Part shown: piece after piece, positions 27,189 through 36,376 of the stretch
Numbering within the stretch: position 1 is the stretch's first letter
Layout: each line of letters begins with the position of its first letter
IMG/VR virus record: IMGVR_UViG_3300021963_004264
Location: 1-64,000 of that record
Source: a virus
Strand: one strand, 5' to 3'
Length of the DNA: 64,000 bases
Position numbers and translations under genes: made by a program
Notes under the pieces: generated by a model
Database searches by the model: none
The model's input: only the letters and a program-made list of their open reading frames with translations
What the model was told of the DNA's origin: nothing

Positions 27189-27797
27189 ATGGCACAGTTA
27201 ATGAAACACGTTGGTAAGTTTGGCGAAAAACCATGCATTGTTGTATTCCGTGAACTACCAGGTGAACAAGACAATTGCTTGATTGTACAAACAGATAACT
27301 TAGAAAGCAGACAACACGACGACTTGATGAATGTTATTCAAAGTTCTGAAGCACAGCAAGCAAACGATATCAGCGAAGTATTGTTTAGACGTCAATTCAC
27401 TGACGGTAGCAATATGCTAAACACACTTCACTATGGTAAGAAGTTGCAGAAGGTTCCGGTTGGTTTAGTTCAACTAACACCTGCGCCTAACCAATCACTA
27501 CCATTAGATCAAGTTAATGCAGAAATTCGTAAACTAAAGGGAGGCTATACTCCCCCAGTTAATGATCCTTCGCATCTAGGCGAAACCTCTACCAAACCAG
27601 TAAGCACAACCGAAGCAACTTCAGATACTAACGCTGAAAGCGATGTATCAGGTATTGCAAAAACACTTCTTGCACAAGCTACTCTTATGGAAGAAGATGG
27701 TCAACGTATGCTTACAGAAGCAGAAGCTAAAAAGCAAGAAGCGTTTAGACTTGACCCGTCTTTGAGACCACCAGGTCGTCCTAAGAAAGTTAGATAA
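27189..27797 (+). CDS. conserved jumbo-phage hypothetical protein
   Basis: MKHVG..IVVFRELPG; GAGGAG RBS; basic C-terminal GRPKK. Confidence 0.78.
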   Translation: MAQLMKHVGKFGEKPCIVVFRELPGEQDNCLIVQTDNLESRQHDDLMNVIQSSEAQQANDISEVLFRRQFTDGSNMLNTLHYGKKLQKVPVGLVQLTPAPNQSLPLDQVNAEIRKLKGGYTPPVNDPSHLGETSTKPVSTTEATSDTNAESDVSGIAKTLLAQATLMEEDGQRMLTEAEAKKQEAFRLDPSLRPPGRPKKVR

Positions 27798-27831
27798 ATA
27801 ATAACAATAAGTTTTTAATAGGATTATATGC

Positions 27832-28170
27832 GTGTCTCATGCACCTAGCGTTGTAATTTTAGGTAGATCAAGCAATAAAATCGATAACGAATATATCAAA
27901 AATTTAATTTCTTCAATTGACCCTGAAGGTGTTCCAGAAGAATTTATTTACAGAGTATTCGTTATCGATGAGCAAGATAACAGGTTTTTAATGCCTGAAA
28001 ATTTTTATACAAAAGGTATAAAATATAACAATCTGTTTAAAACAATGAGTCGTTTCAAAACAGAACATCCAATTAAAACAGTCGAAATTGTTATCGATTT
28101 ACTATCTGTAAAAGATAAGTTAGAATCTGAAGCAAACGAAATTTTTTCCCAATTACCAAATTCAAATTAG
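27832..28170 (+). CDS. hypothetical protein
   Basis: 112 aa; GATAAATA upstream. Confidence 0.6.
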   Translation: MSHAPSVVILGRSSNKIDNEYIKNLISSIDPEGVPEEFIYRVFVIDEQDNRFLMPENFYTKGIKYNNLFKTMSRFKTEHPIKTVEIVIDLLSVKDKLESEANEIFSQLPNSN

Positions 28171-28198
28171 TTGACAATATATAACTTTGTGTTATTAT
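28171..28198 (+). promoter_or_regulatory. sigma70-like promoter TTGACA-N16-TATTAT
   Basis: Upstream of the lipoprotein gene. Confidence 0.6.
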
Positions 28199-28231
28199 AG
28201 TTATATGTTCAATTAACTGTACGGTATTTTG

Positions 28232-29977
28232 ATGACTCGTAATCTAGTATCATTGGTAGCAATGTCAATACTCCTCGCTTCTTGCGGAGGAGGTGGCAGC
28301 GAAACCCCCCCAGTGTTGGTATCATCTCCACAAGTATACACACCAACTACTACTACTGCCTTAGACAATCGATATAAGTTTGAACCTTTTGCATATACAC
28401 TTATGCTACCAACAGGCGAAACTACAGTAAGCTATCGATTGGGTGACTTCAAGTCATCGGATCAGTTTGCAAAAACATACAAATATAAAATTGAAGATTA
28501 CGGTTTTTTTGAAGTCTCGGTAAAAGGTCTTAACAACGGTTGTCCTAGAAGTGAGTGTGGCGAAGAATATGCACCGCCTGGGCCATGGAATCATAGACCA
28601 TATCAAATTATTGAATCTGATATTAATCGTGACGGCTACAAAGATTTCTATTTGTTTGAAACTATTCACGGATCTAGGGACCAATCTCCTAATGACTTAG
28701 TTCATGCTTTTATTAATGATGGACGAGGTCATTTTCAACTTTCAAATACTACAGTATTTGCAACAGGTACCGCTTGTACTAGACAAGGTGGTATTGGCCC
28801 ACAAGCACTAACAGCCAAAAATAAAAACAGCAATTGCGGGTATTCTACCGGCTCTACAAGACATGCACTTGTTGCAGACTTTAATAATGATGGCATGGAT
28901 GACATATTTGGTTCTATGACCTTACACCTTAGCGACAAAGGTGTACTACATAATAAAACACTAAGCAATATTCCAGATTATTTTCGCAGTAGTCATATGG
29001 GTGCGTTGTTTACGCATGACCAGTATGCAGGAGATGCAACCGGTGATAAACATATAGACATTTTTATTCCTTCTATCCATACCGCAGAGAAAGGATTTTG
29101 GGGTGATGGAACAAAAATCGATGGCTGTAGTGAATGTATTGCTACAGTACCTTGGTCTTTATTAGTTAATGATGGGACTGGAAAGTTTTCATTAAATCAA
29201 AACTTTCCTATTATGGGTGTAGGCAAAGATCATCCGTTAGTAAGACAGTACATGCCGCATAACGATCCAAATAAGGGTATCCTATGGGGAGGTAATGTGG
29301 AAAAAATGTGGGCAACAACTACGGCGATTGCTGATTTTGACAAGGACGGTCATCCTGATGTTGTAGTAGGTTGGTTCAATCCTAGAGCAACTGAAACTTG
29401 GGGATTAGGTAAGAACAGTGCCGGAGCAGTCTACTATAACGATGGTAAAAATGATTGGCGTAACCGTCCTATTATGTCATTACCTGCCAGCTTCTATAAC
29501 AATAATGGTAATGCAAACGATATTGAAGTAATGGATTTTGACGAAGACGGGTGGATTGATATTATAGTAGCATCTACTAAACACTCACCCTATTACGAAG
29601 GCAGAATACTTCAGTTTTTTAGAAATAATAAAGATGGTACATTTAGCGATGTAACTAATACTGTTCATCCGGCTCCTGAAAAGTATGCCAACGGAACAGG
29701 TACACCATTGTGGAACGGTGAAGGTCAAATCATCTTACGTGATTTCAACGGTGACGGTAGATTAGACATAGTTGATAGTAACACGTATACTTACGTACTG
29801 CTTAATAATGGTTATGGAAAATTTACAATGTACGACTCACACAATTTTCCTAGAGTTACAGGAAGTGACGGTACATATTTTCCTATAAAAATTGATTTAA
29901 ACTATGGATTTATTGGTTACGGAACTACTTGTGCCGCAGACAAATGCACAACTTCATATTTTCAAGTTAAACAATAG
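28232..29977 (+). CDS. lipoprotein with FG-GAP/VCBS-like Ca-binding repeats (beta-propeller)
   Basis: Lipobox LLASC-GGGGS; repeats DINRDGYKD, DFNNDGMDD, DATGDKHID, DFDKDGHPD, DFDEDGWID, DFNGDGRLD. Confidence 0.85.
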   Translation: MTRNLVSLVAMSILLASCGGGGSETPPVLVSSPQVYTPTTTTALDNRYKFEPFAYTLMLPTGETTVSYRLGDFKSSDQFAKTYKYKIEDYGFFEVSVKGLNNGCPRSECGEEYAPPGPWNHRPYQIIESDINRDGYKDFYLFETIHGSRDQSPNDLVHAFINDGRGHFQLSNTTVFATGTACTRQGGIGPQALTAKNKNSNCGYSTGSTRHALVADFNNDGMDDIFGSMTLHLSDKGVLHNKTLSNIPDYFRSSHMGALFTHDQYAGDATGDKHIDIFIPSIHTAEKGFWGDGTKIDGCSECIATVPWSLLVNDGTGKFSLNQNFPIMGVGKDHPLVRQYMPHNDPNKGILWGGNVEKMWATTTAIADFDKDGHPDVVVGWFNPRATETWGLGKNSAGAVYYNDGKNDWRNRPIMSLPASFYNNNGNANDIEVMDFDEDGWIDIIVASTKHSPYYEGRILQFFRNNKDGTFSDVTNTVHPAPEKYANGTGTPLWNGEGQIILRDFNGDGRLDIVDSNTYTYVLLNNGYGKFTMYDSHNFPRVTGSDGTYFPIKIDLNYGFIGYGTTCAADKCTTSYFQVKQ

Positions 29978-29979
29978 GT

Positions 29980-30672
29980 TTACTTAAAACCAATTTGCAT
30001 GAATCTTGTGTACGCAGGTGTTTTCATAATGCCTGCGTACAACCTTTTCTGCATTGGGTACTTGGCAAACATTTCTTCAATACTTGTGCAAGTATTAATG
30101 TGACCAATGTAGCCTTCGCTGTCGTTGGTTTGCATAGCAATTAATTGACTGCTGTCAGCAGTATCAAACCAATGTGTGTCCATGTGTTCACAACTGGTAT
30201 TAATAACAACATCGGGTGTGGTCTGAATAAGTTCACCACCAGTTTCAAATAGCATGTTACTGGTACATAATGTACTTGCATCAGCAACAACACCTTTGAA
30301 CTTCCAACTATCTTGTACATAACGTTGATTGAAACGTTCTGCTAATTCAATTGCACCAGCATCAACATCAATGCCGTATACTCGCTTAACATCAGCAATG
30401 TTAAACAAAGGCTGTACAATACTGCCTACCCAACAACCTAGCAGTGCAACTGTATACTCATGAGTGTATACCATGTTGCGGAATAGTTTTTCTAATAACC
30501 AACTCTTGCTTGCCAACTGACCTTTGCTGAATGCATCTCTAGGATAACCACCGTATATGGCTCGTTCAAAGTAACTAGGAGGCATAGCAACAAAACTGCT
30601 TTCGCTGTCAATGTATGCTTCTACTTTTGCCCAGGTATTAATGTTGATTGTATCTATTTCGCAGCCACTCAT
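29980..30672 (-). CDS. class I SAM-dependent methyltransferase-like protein
   Basis: LLGCWVG, GIDVD, VINTSCEHM. Confidence 0.72.
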   Translation of the reverse strand: MSGCEIDTININTWAKVEAYIDSESSFVAMPPSYFERAIYGGYPRDAFSKGQLASKSWLLEKLFRNMVYTHEYTVALLGCWVGSIVQPLFNIADVKRVYGIDVDAGAIELAERFNQRYVQDSWKFKGVVADASTLCTSNMLFETGGELIQTTPDVVINTSCEHMDTHWFDTADSSQLIAMQTNDSEGYIGHINTCTSIEEMFAKYPMQKRLYAGIMKTPAYTRFMQIGFK

Positions 30673-33600
30673 AATCATTTATCCTTGCTAATGCTTCTAC
30701 ATCATTGCGGTTAGCTTGTGCATATGCACGACCTTCTTCGGCACCACGCTTTGCTTCTTTGCTAAAGTCTGCGTCTTGTACAGGATGCAACCAACCTTCT
30801 AATCTTTCTCGACTATCAGCATCATCCTTTAGTGCTAACTTAACACACTCACGGAATGCGCTACGCCATGTGCTATACTCATCGCTGTTAAACTTTGTTA
30901 CACAACTCACTTCAGGCATTGCTTTGAACCTAGTACTTAGTCCTGTTGTAAAGTCTAGTCCCCAGCTTGTGGCATTGATTACTTGTTCACGATTGAATAG
31001 CTTAACACCACCGTATCCATATTCTTGCCCAGTTACTGGGTTACGGCTTGCCCAAACGTGTACTACTTCTTGGTCATATACATCGGGTATATACCCAAAA
31101 TCGAATGTATCCAAAATTTCTGCATCGGCGTCTACTACCCAAAACATCTTGCTTTTAACGCTTCTAGCAGCCTCTTTGTGTGCATTAAATATTCCTGCTA
31201 TATCTTTGACCCAGGTAGCGTTAAAACGTGCTGTAAGACGCTTATATGCGCTTGTAGCACCCTGTTCTTTGTATGATAAGAACACAATATCGTAAGGTTG
31301 ATAGGTACTACCCAATTCTTTAACATATTGGATATCCTTTAGCTTATTTAATCGGATACTATCTGTGGTTAATTGGGAATAGTCTTTTTGGGTAGGCCAT
31401 AATCGGAGACCACCATAACTATGAACCTTTTGGGTATGAGGATTCTGTCTTTGCCAAACATGTATTTTATTAATGCTCAAAATGTCTGGTAGGTAGCCTG
31501 CGTCCAATACACTTTGTTCAACACTAACATCAGGATCAATAGTCCACAGGAAAGGAACTTCCTGATTAGCAAATTCCTGTAGAGCAGTAACCAACTCTGA
31601 TTTTGTAACATCTTTTAGATGTACCACTGGCCACTGAGGACGCAGACTACCAACAGTATTTATTTGTTTTAGATTACTAAAGCTGTTGTTAGCTACATCT
31701 TTATCTGTAAGTGTGGTCGAGAATGTACCTTTAGGATACAATCTAATGTTTCTATACTTACCATCTTCGTCTGCAAAAACGTGTACGTTCTTTTCGTCCC
31801 ATTGTGTAGGATAATAATCAAACTTAAAATCGGGATGCACTCTAGTGAAAGGATCCACAACCCAATACATAGAATTCTCTACAGTACTGTCTATGTGTGT
31901 AAGTTGTTCAATAATATCGAGCTGTGGATCCAGTTTTAAAATAGGAAATTCTTTTTGTGTACATGCAGGTTCTCGAATGTACTTAGGTCTTCCTTTAGCT
32001 TGTGGTACTTTAGGACATAGCATAACGCCAGAATAATCATATTGACGACCTGTAACAGGATTTAATTTTTGCCAGACATGTGTTTTTCCTTCATCCCACG
32101 TTTCAGGAATAAAGTCAAAGTCAAAATTTTCTAGTACAGTAACGTTAGGATCTATGACCCAAAACCAGTTATTAGTAGATTTTTCTCGGCCCAATTCTTC
32201 ACTATTAAATTTTTCAAATTCTAAATCTTTAAAAGGGCTAATAAAATGTATCACAAGTTCAACATTGTTCCACGTTTTAGGAACCCAACGAATACCACCC
32301 ATGCTTTCAGGATACTTGTGTTTTAGTTGTTCACCTAAATGAAAGCTGTGTATCATATTGCGTTGAAAATCAGGTGGCACCCAAGATACTTCTCTAGCTA
32401 ATTTATATTCTTTGTCGATAAGCCAACAGTCTTGTGTTACTACTCTATAATCATTTGGATCTTCTACATAAAGAATAGGGTACTGCTTGTTTCCTGTAGG
32501 AGAAGACGAAATGTATTTTGCGTCGTCTTTATTATATTTAACAGGAACTAGTTTAGCACCGCCGCAACGATTATCGCTAACATTAGTAACACTTAAAGGA
32601 TACTTATGTTGTAATTGATCTGGTATTTTAAAAATATGAATATACTTTTGATCGTACTTGTGTGGGACATAGTTGAATACATCATTTAACTCGTGCTCAC
32701 TGTCAACAAGCCAAAACATTTTAGTTCTACTTTTTCTAGCATAAGTTTCATAATTGTTTATATCGGTTGAATAAAAAATATCATAACGAACAGGTACAAT
32801 TCCTAATTGATATTTGTGTTTAGTCATATCAAATTTCTTATGTACAAGTCGTACACCGCCACAGCGAATATCCCAAGGTTCATTTACTGATTCAGGATAA
32901 CGTTCGTCTAAATGTCCAGGTATTTTAAACACATGTATATATTCAACTTCGTGTGTCGCAGGCACATAATAGAGCTTACCGTTAAATGTAAAATCTCTGT
33001 CTACTATCCAAAACCAATCAGTTTTACTGCGTTCTGCATATTCATTATATGTTTCTACATTGAATTCGTCGCTGTCTATAAAGAATATATCATATTCTTT
33101 ATCAGCAATAGGACAAGCAGGATGTATTTTTAGTTCAGCATTTTGCCAACACTTAGGTACTAATCTTATACCACCCATCGCTTGAGGATATTTTTCTGTG
33201 AGCTGATAAGGCATACGGAAGCAGTGTATGTAATCTTGTTCGAAAGGATTAGGGACCCAGTCTAATGTACTTGTGTCGATGCTATGATCATTATCTATAA
33301 GCCAAACATAATCATCTTTAAATTTATCACGCTGTGCATAGTTGTTTACATCAGTTACATATAATACAGGATACTCTAATCCTGCATCTAGGAAGCTATG
33401 ATATTTTATTTGTGCGCTAGCCCAATTATTAGGATATAGCTTGATACCGCCTTCTCGCTCAGGATACTTATGTTCTAACTGTCCGCGTAAATGAAAGCTA
33501 TGAATAAAAGTAGGCTCAAAATTATCTGGAGCCCAGTCAATATCATTGTTTAACTTATATTCAGGATCTACACACCACACATGACTAGCATATGGATGAA

Positions 33601-33937
33601 CATCAAAATAATCTTCTGGTGTTGTTGTATATACTATATCAAATGCTTTACGGCATACAATATGATTAACTTGTTTTGTTCCGAGCGGTGTAGTGCGAGG
33701 TAATAATTTTACACCGCCATAATTGTTACTGTTCCATTTCCAAATGTGTTCATATACTTGGTCATGGTCTGGTGGTCTAAATTCAAATACTTGTGTATCA
33801 ACAACTTCAATGTTTGGTTCAACAACCCAATACATTTTTGTTTTGGATGAAATTTGTTCGTAAGATTCTACTTGCTTTGCAAAAGGCAAAACATCTTTTA
33901 GTTTTTTATTTTCACCTATGTAGAATATATCAAACAC
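30638..33937 (-). CDS. giant glycosyltransferase-like protein with ~10 tandem GT-A-like repeats
   Basis: Recurrent W(V/L)VD..., H.(W/F), GG(V/I)(K/R)L.P units; complete C-terminal domain (DIVFLSY, VVDAD, AFREC) similar to 53084. Confidence 0.75.
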   Translation of the reverse strand: MFDIFYIGENKKLKDVLPFAKQVESYEQISSKTKMYWVVEPNIEVVDTQVFEFRPPDHDQVYEHIWKWNSNNYGGVKLLPRTTPLGTKQVNHIVCRKAFDIVYTTTPEDYFDVHPYASHVWCVDPEYKLNNDIDWAPDNFEPTFIHSFHLRGQLEHKYPEREGGIKLYPNNWASAQIKYHSFLDAGLEYPVLYVTDVNNYAQRDKFKDDYVWLIDNDHSIDTSTLDWVPNPFEQDYIHCFRMPYQLTEKYPQAMGGIRLVPKCWQNAELKIHPACPIADKEYDIFFIDSDEFNVETYNEYAERSKTDWFWIVDRDFTFNGKLYYVPATHEVEYIHVFKIPGHLDERYPESVNEPWDIRCGGVRLVHKKFDMTKHKYQLGIVPVRYDIFYSTDINNYETYARKSRTKMFWLVDSEHELNDVFNYVPHKYDQKYIHIFKIPDQLQHKYPLSVTNVSDNRCGGAKLVPVKYNKDDAKYISSSPTGNKQYPILYVEDPNDYRVVTQDCWLIDKEYKLAREVSWVPPDFQRNMIHSFHLGEQLKHKYPESMGGIRWVPKTWNNVELVIHFISPFKDLEFEKFNSEELGREKSTNNWFWVIDPNVTVLENFDFDFIPETWDEGKTHVWQKLNPVTGRQYDYSGVMLCPKVPQAKGRPKYIREPACTQKEFPILKLDPQLDIIEQLTHIDSTVENSMYWVVDPFTRVHPDFKFDYYPTQWDEKNVHVFADEDGKYRNIRLYPKGTFSTTLTDKDVANNSFSNLKQINTVGSLRPQWPVVHLKDVTKSELVTALQEFANQEVPFLWTIDPDVSVEQSVLDAGYLPDILSINKIHVWQRQNPHTQKVHSYGGLRLWPTQKDYSQLTTDSIRLNKLKDIQYVKELGSTYQPYDIVFLSYKEQGATSAYKRLTARFNATWVKDIAGIFNAHKEAARSVKSKMFWVVDADAEILDTFDFGYIPDVYDQEVVHVWASRNPVTGQEYGYGGVKLFNREQVINATSWGLDFTTGLSTRFKAMPEVSCVTKFNSDEYSTWRSAFRECVKLALKDDADSRERLEGWLHPVQDADFSKEAKRGAEEGRAYAQANRNDVEALARINDYEWLRNRYNQH

Positions 33938-33938
33938 T

Positions 33939-34106
33939 TTATTTTTTCTCTGTTTTTTTAATCTGTTGTGATTTTAATTTGTTTAGCGCACTAAGTACAG
34001 TTCTCCAAGGATGCTGACTACAATCTTTAGTATGCTTAGGTAAAAGTTCTTTACATTCTACGCATCGGCCTTCTAAAATAAGTTGTGCCTTATCAATCTT
34101 GTCCAT
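33939..34106 (-). CDS. 55 aa putative zinc-binding microprotein (not in ORF track)
   Basis: MDKIDKAQLILEGRCVECKELLPKHTKDCSQHPW...; Cx2C-x6-H-x3-C; fills the gap between neighbours. Confidence 0.6.
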   Translation of the reverse strand: MDKIDKAQLILEGRCVECKELLPKHTKDCSQHPWRTVLSALNKLKSQQIKKTEKK

Positions 34107-35616
34107 CACTTGTATGAACCTTTACTCCATAGTATTTTTCAAATTCTTTAGCATCGTTTTCATCGTTAACAATTGGCTGACCTTTAATATTTAAGCTAGT
34201 ATTAACTAACATAGGACAGCCTGTCTTTTTATGAAATGCCTTAAGTAATTTATAAAGTCCAGGATGCTGATTTTTGTTTACTGTTTGTACACGACTAGTG
34301 CCATCAGCATGTATAATTGCAGGAAACTCTTCTGGCTTTTTACACTTAGCAACAAATTGCATATAAGGACTTGTTAATCCGTTAACAGGCATTTCAAAAT
34401 ATTCGTCGCAATGTTCTTCTAAAATAACGGGAGCAAATGGGCGAAACTTTTGACGCTTTTTAATTGCGTTCATCTTGTTTTTAATGTCACCTCCTCGTGG
34501 ATCAGCTAGCAGACTCCGGTTCCCGAGTGCTCGAGGACCATACTCAGCTCGCCCATTTGCTATCCCAAAGATCTCACCACGCTCTAATGATTGTAGTGCT
34601 TTCTTTACAGGGTAGGCACCAGGGATATTAAACCCTAGATATGGACCCTGCCATTCTACTCTTTTAGAGGTTAAGTTATAGTAATGTAGTGCGGCAGCGC
34701 CTAAGCTACTGCCAGCATCACCGGGGTTAGGCATAATATGTACATTATCATATAACTTGAATAAGTGTCTGTTTGCAACACAGTTGAGAGCGACTCCGCC
34801 CATAAAAACTAAATTTTTGCTGCCGGTTATTTGTTGTGCCTTTAGTGCATATTGAAAAATTCGTTGTTCTACAATAGATTGAGCACTGGCAGCAATATCG
34901 TAATCAGTTTGATAGTGACCTGATTCGTCTTTGTCGCCTGTACGAATAATAAAGTCTTTCTCAAAGCCACGTTGTAGATTAACTTTCATTGCTATAGGAT
35001 TAGAAGATTTTTTAAAAAGTTCTTCTTCCATATATTTTTTAAACATAGGTTCGCCGTATGCCGACATACCCATAAGAATATATTCATCTTCGTTGGGTTT
35101 TAATCCTACAAGATGTGTTGCCGCACTGTAAAATAGACCTAAGCTGCTCGGAAACCATGTGCTATGTTTCTTTTTTAGTTTACCTGATTCCCAATGCCAA
35201 ATACTTGATGTATCAAACTCGCCGATAGCATCTAGAACAATAACAGCACATTCGTTAAAGTCGCTGGTAAGCACGCCGGCTGCGGCATGCGTTTCGTGAT
35301 GCATGTATTGTTTAGAGGGAATGTTACTTAGTTCAGGATAAAAGTTTGCAACCCAGCCCTGCTGAGTAGGTTCTTTAACTGCACTCCAGTTACCTGCTCG
35401 CATTAAACGAAGTTGTTTTAATGTTGCATTTTCATGATAAACAACGTAGTCGGGCTTGCCATATGTAAGAGCTTCAGCCACAAGTTTACGATTTAAGAAT
35501 CTATCGTTTTTAATTTTGCTGTAACGTTCTGCGTGTGCGGCAAAAACTATCTTACCGTCATCTACTACAGTAACGCTAGCATCATGAAACATACTGCTGA
35601 TGCCAAGAATTCTCAT
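34093..35616 (-). CDS. O-carbamoyltransferase, NodU/CmcH family
   Basis: HDAS, ER.SKIK, HHETHAA, DAIGE, MGMSAYG, GGVALNC, GDAG, GPRALGNRS, RPFAP, NTSLN. Confidence 0.95.
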   Translation of the reverse strand: MRILGISSMFHDASVTVVDDGKIVFAAHAERYSKIKNDRFLNRKLVAEALTYGKPDYVVYHENATLKQLRLMRAGNWSAVKEPTQQGWVANFYPELSNIPSKQYMHHETHAAAGVLTSDFNECAVIVLDAIGEFDTSSIWHWESGKLKKKHSTWFPSSLGLFYSAATHLVGLKPNEDEYILMGMSAYGEPMFKKYMEEELFKKSSNPIAMKVNLQRGFEKDFIIRTGDKDESGHYQTDYDIAASAQSIVEQRIFQYALKAQQITGSKNLVFMGGVALNCVANRHLFKLYDNVHIMPNPGDAGSSLGAAALHYYNLTSKRVEWQGPYLGFNIPGAYPVKKALQSLERGEIFGIANGRAEYGPRALGNRSLLADPRGGDIKNKMNAIKKRQKFRPFAPVILEEHCDEYFEMPVNGLTSPYMQFVAKCKKPEEFPAIIHADGTSRVQTVNKNQHPGLYKLLKAFHKKTGCPMLVNTSLNIKGQPIVNDENDAKEFEKYYGVKVHTSDGQD

Positions 35617-35619
35617 ATC

Positions 35620-35763
35620 TTACCTGTAAATGAAAGGATCCATTTTGCGAAGTTCTTCTAACTTCTTTTTTAACTGCTCCTCTTCTTCAGCAGTTAGCTC
35701 TAACTCAGGAGCGTCTTTTTCGTTTTGCTCTTTTTTATTTTCTTGATCTAATGGCTTGTTCAT
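35620..35763 (-). CDS. small protein ending LRKMDPFIYR
   Basis: 47 aa; GAGGA RBS; immediately upstream of the carbamoyltransferase. Confidence 0.6.
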   Translation of the reverse strand: MNKPLDQENKKEQNEKDAPELELTAEEEEQLKKKLEELRKMDPFIYR

Positions 35764-36376
35764 ATAATTCCTCTGCGATTGAATTGTGTACCTGCTCATT
35801 ACCATGATGTAGTTCGCTGTAATGATCAGGCATCAGTTCTTCGTAATCCTCAAATATAGCATTGAACGGCTTATAATACTTATCGTTGAATAATTCATTA
35901 AATGCTGGATGCTGGACATCTTCATAAAATTTATTCCATGCATTAAAAAACAAATAGTCTATACCCTTGTTTTCAAGGAACGATTTTAATGCAAGTTGAT
36001 TGATCAGCGTTCTTTCTAGTCCTAATGTGTTCCAATTACAACAATAAAGACTCATAAAATCAAATAATTTTTGAAGCTGTTCTTTATTGTTAATGTTATC
36101 AGGTACTTGTCTACCCAGTCCAAAATGATGCCATTCTTCGTTAAAAATAACTTCTTGTCTTTCGTATGTAGTCCAGCCAATAACAACAAAATCAACAGGA
36201 TTATTTAAACAATAGTTAATTGTTGTTCTTAGAATACGGTCGTTGCCGCCGCCGGGCATAGCTAAGTTAACAGATTTCATGCCTAGTTTTTCTGCAAGCG
36301 GTTGAACAAAACTTATAGACGATTCAGATCCTGCAACATGACTACAACCGTTAGCAAGCAATACTTTATTTGTCAT
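35735..36376 (-). CDS. SGNH/GDSL-like protein (GCS variant)
   Basis: ANGCSH, NLAMPGGGNDRI, IGWT..R, LHHG. Confidence 0.65.
   Translation of the reverse strand: MTNKVLLANGCSHVAGSESSISFVQPLAEKLGMKSVNLAMPGGGNDRILRTTINYCLNNPVDFVVIGWTTYERQEVIFNEEWHHFGLGRQVPDNINNKEQLQKLFDFMSLYCCNWNTLGLERTLINQLALKSFLENKGIDYLFFNAWNKFYEDVQHPAFNELFNDKYYKPFNAIFEDYEELMPDHYSELHHGNEQVHNSIAEELYEQAIRSRK

Noticed and set aside
30705-31295. Long antisense ORFs (e.g. 196 aa at 30705; also 375-872 and 13999-14403)
   Set aside because: They are shadows of well-supported opposite-strand genes, with no RBS or motifs.
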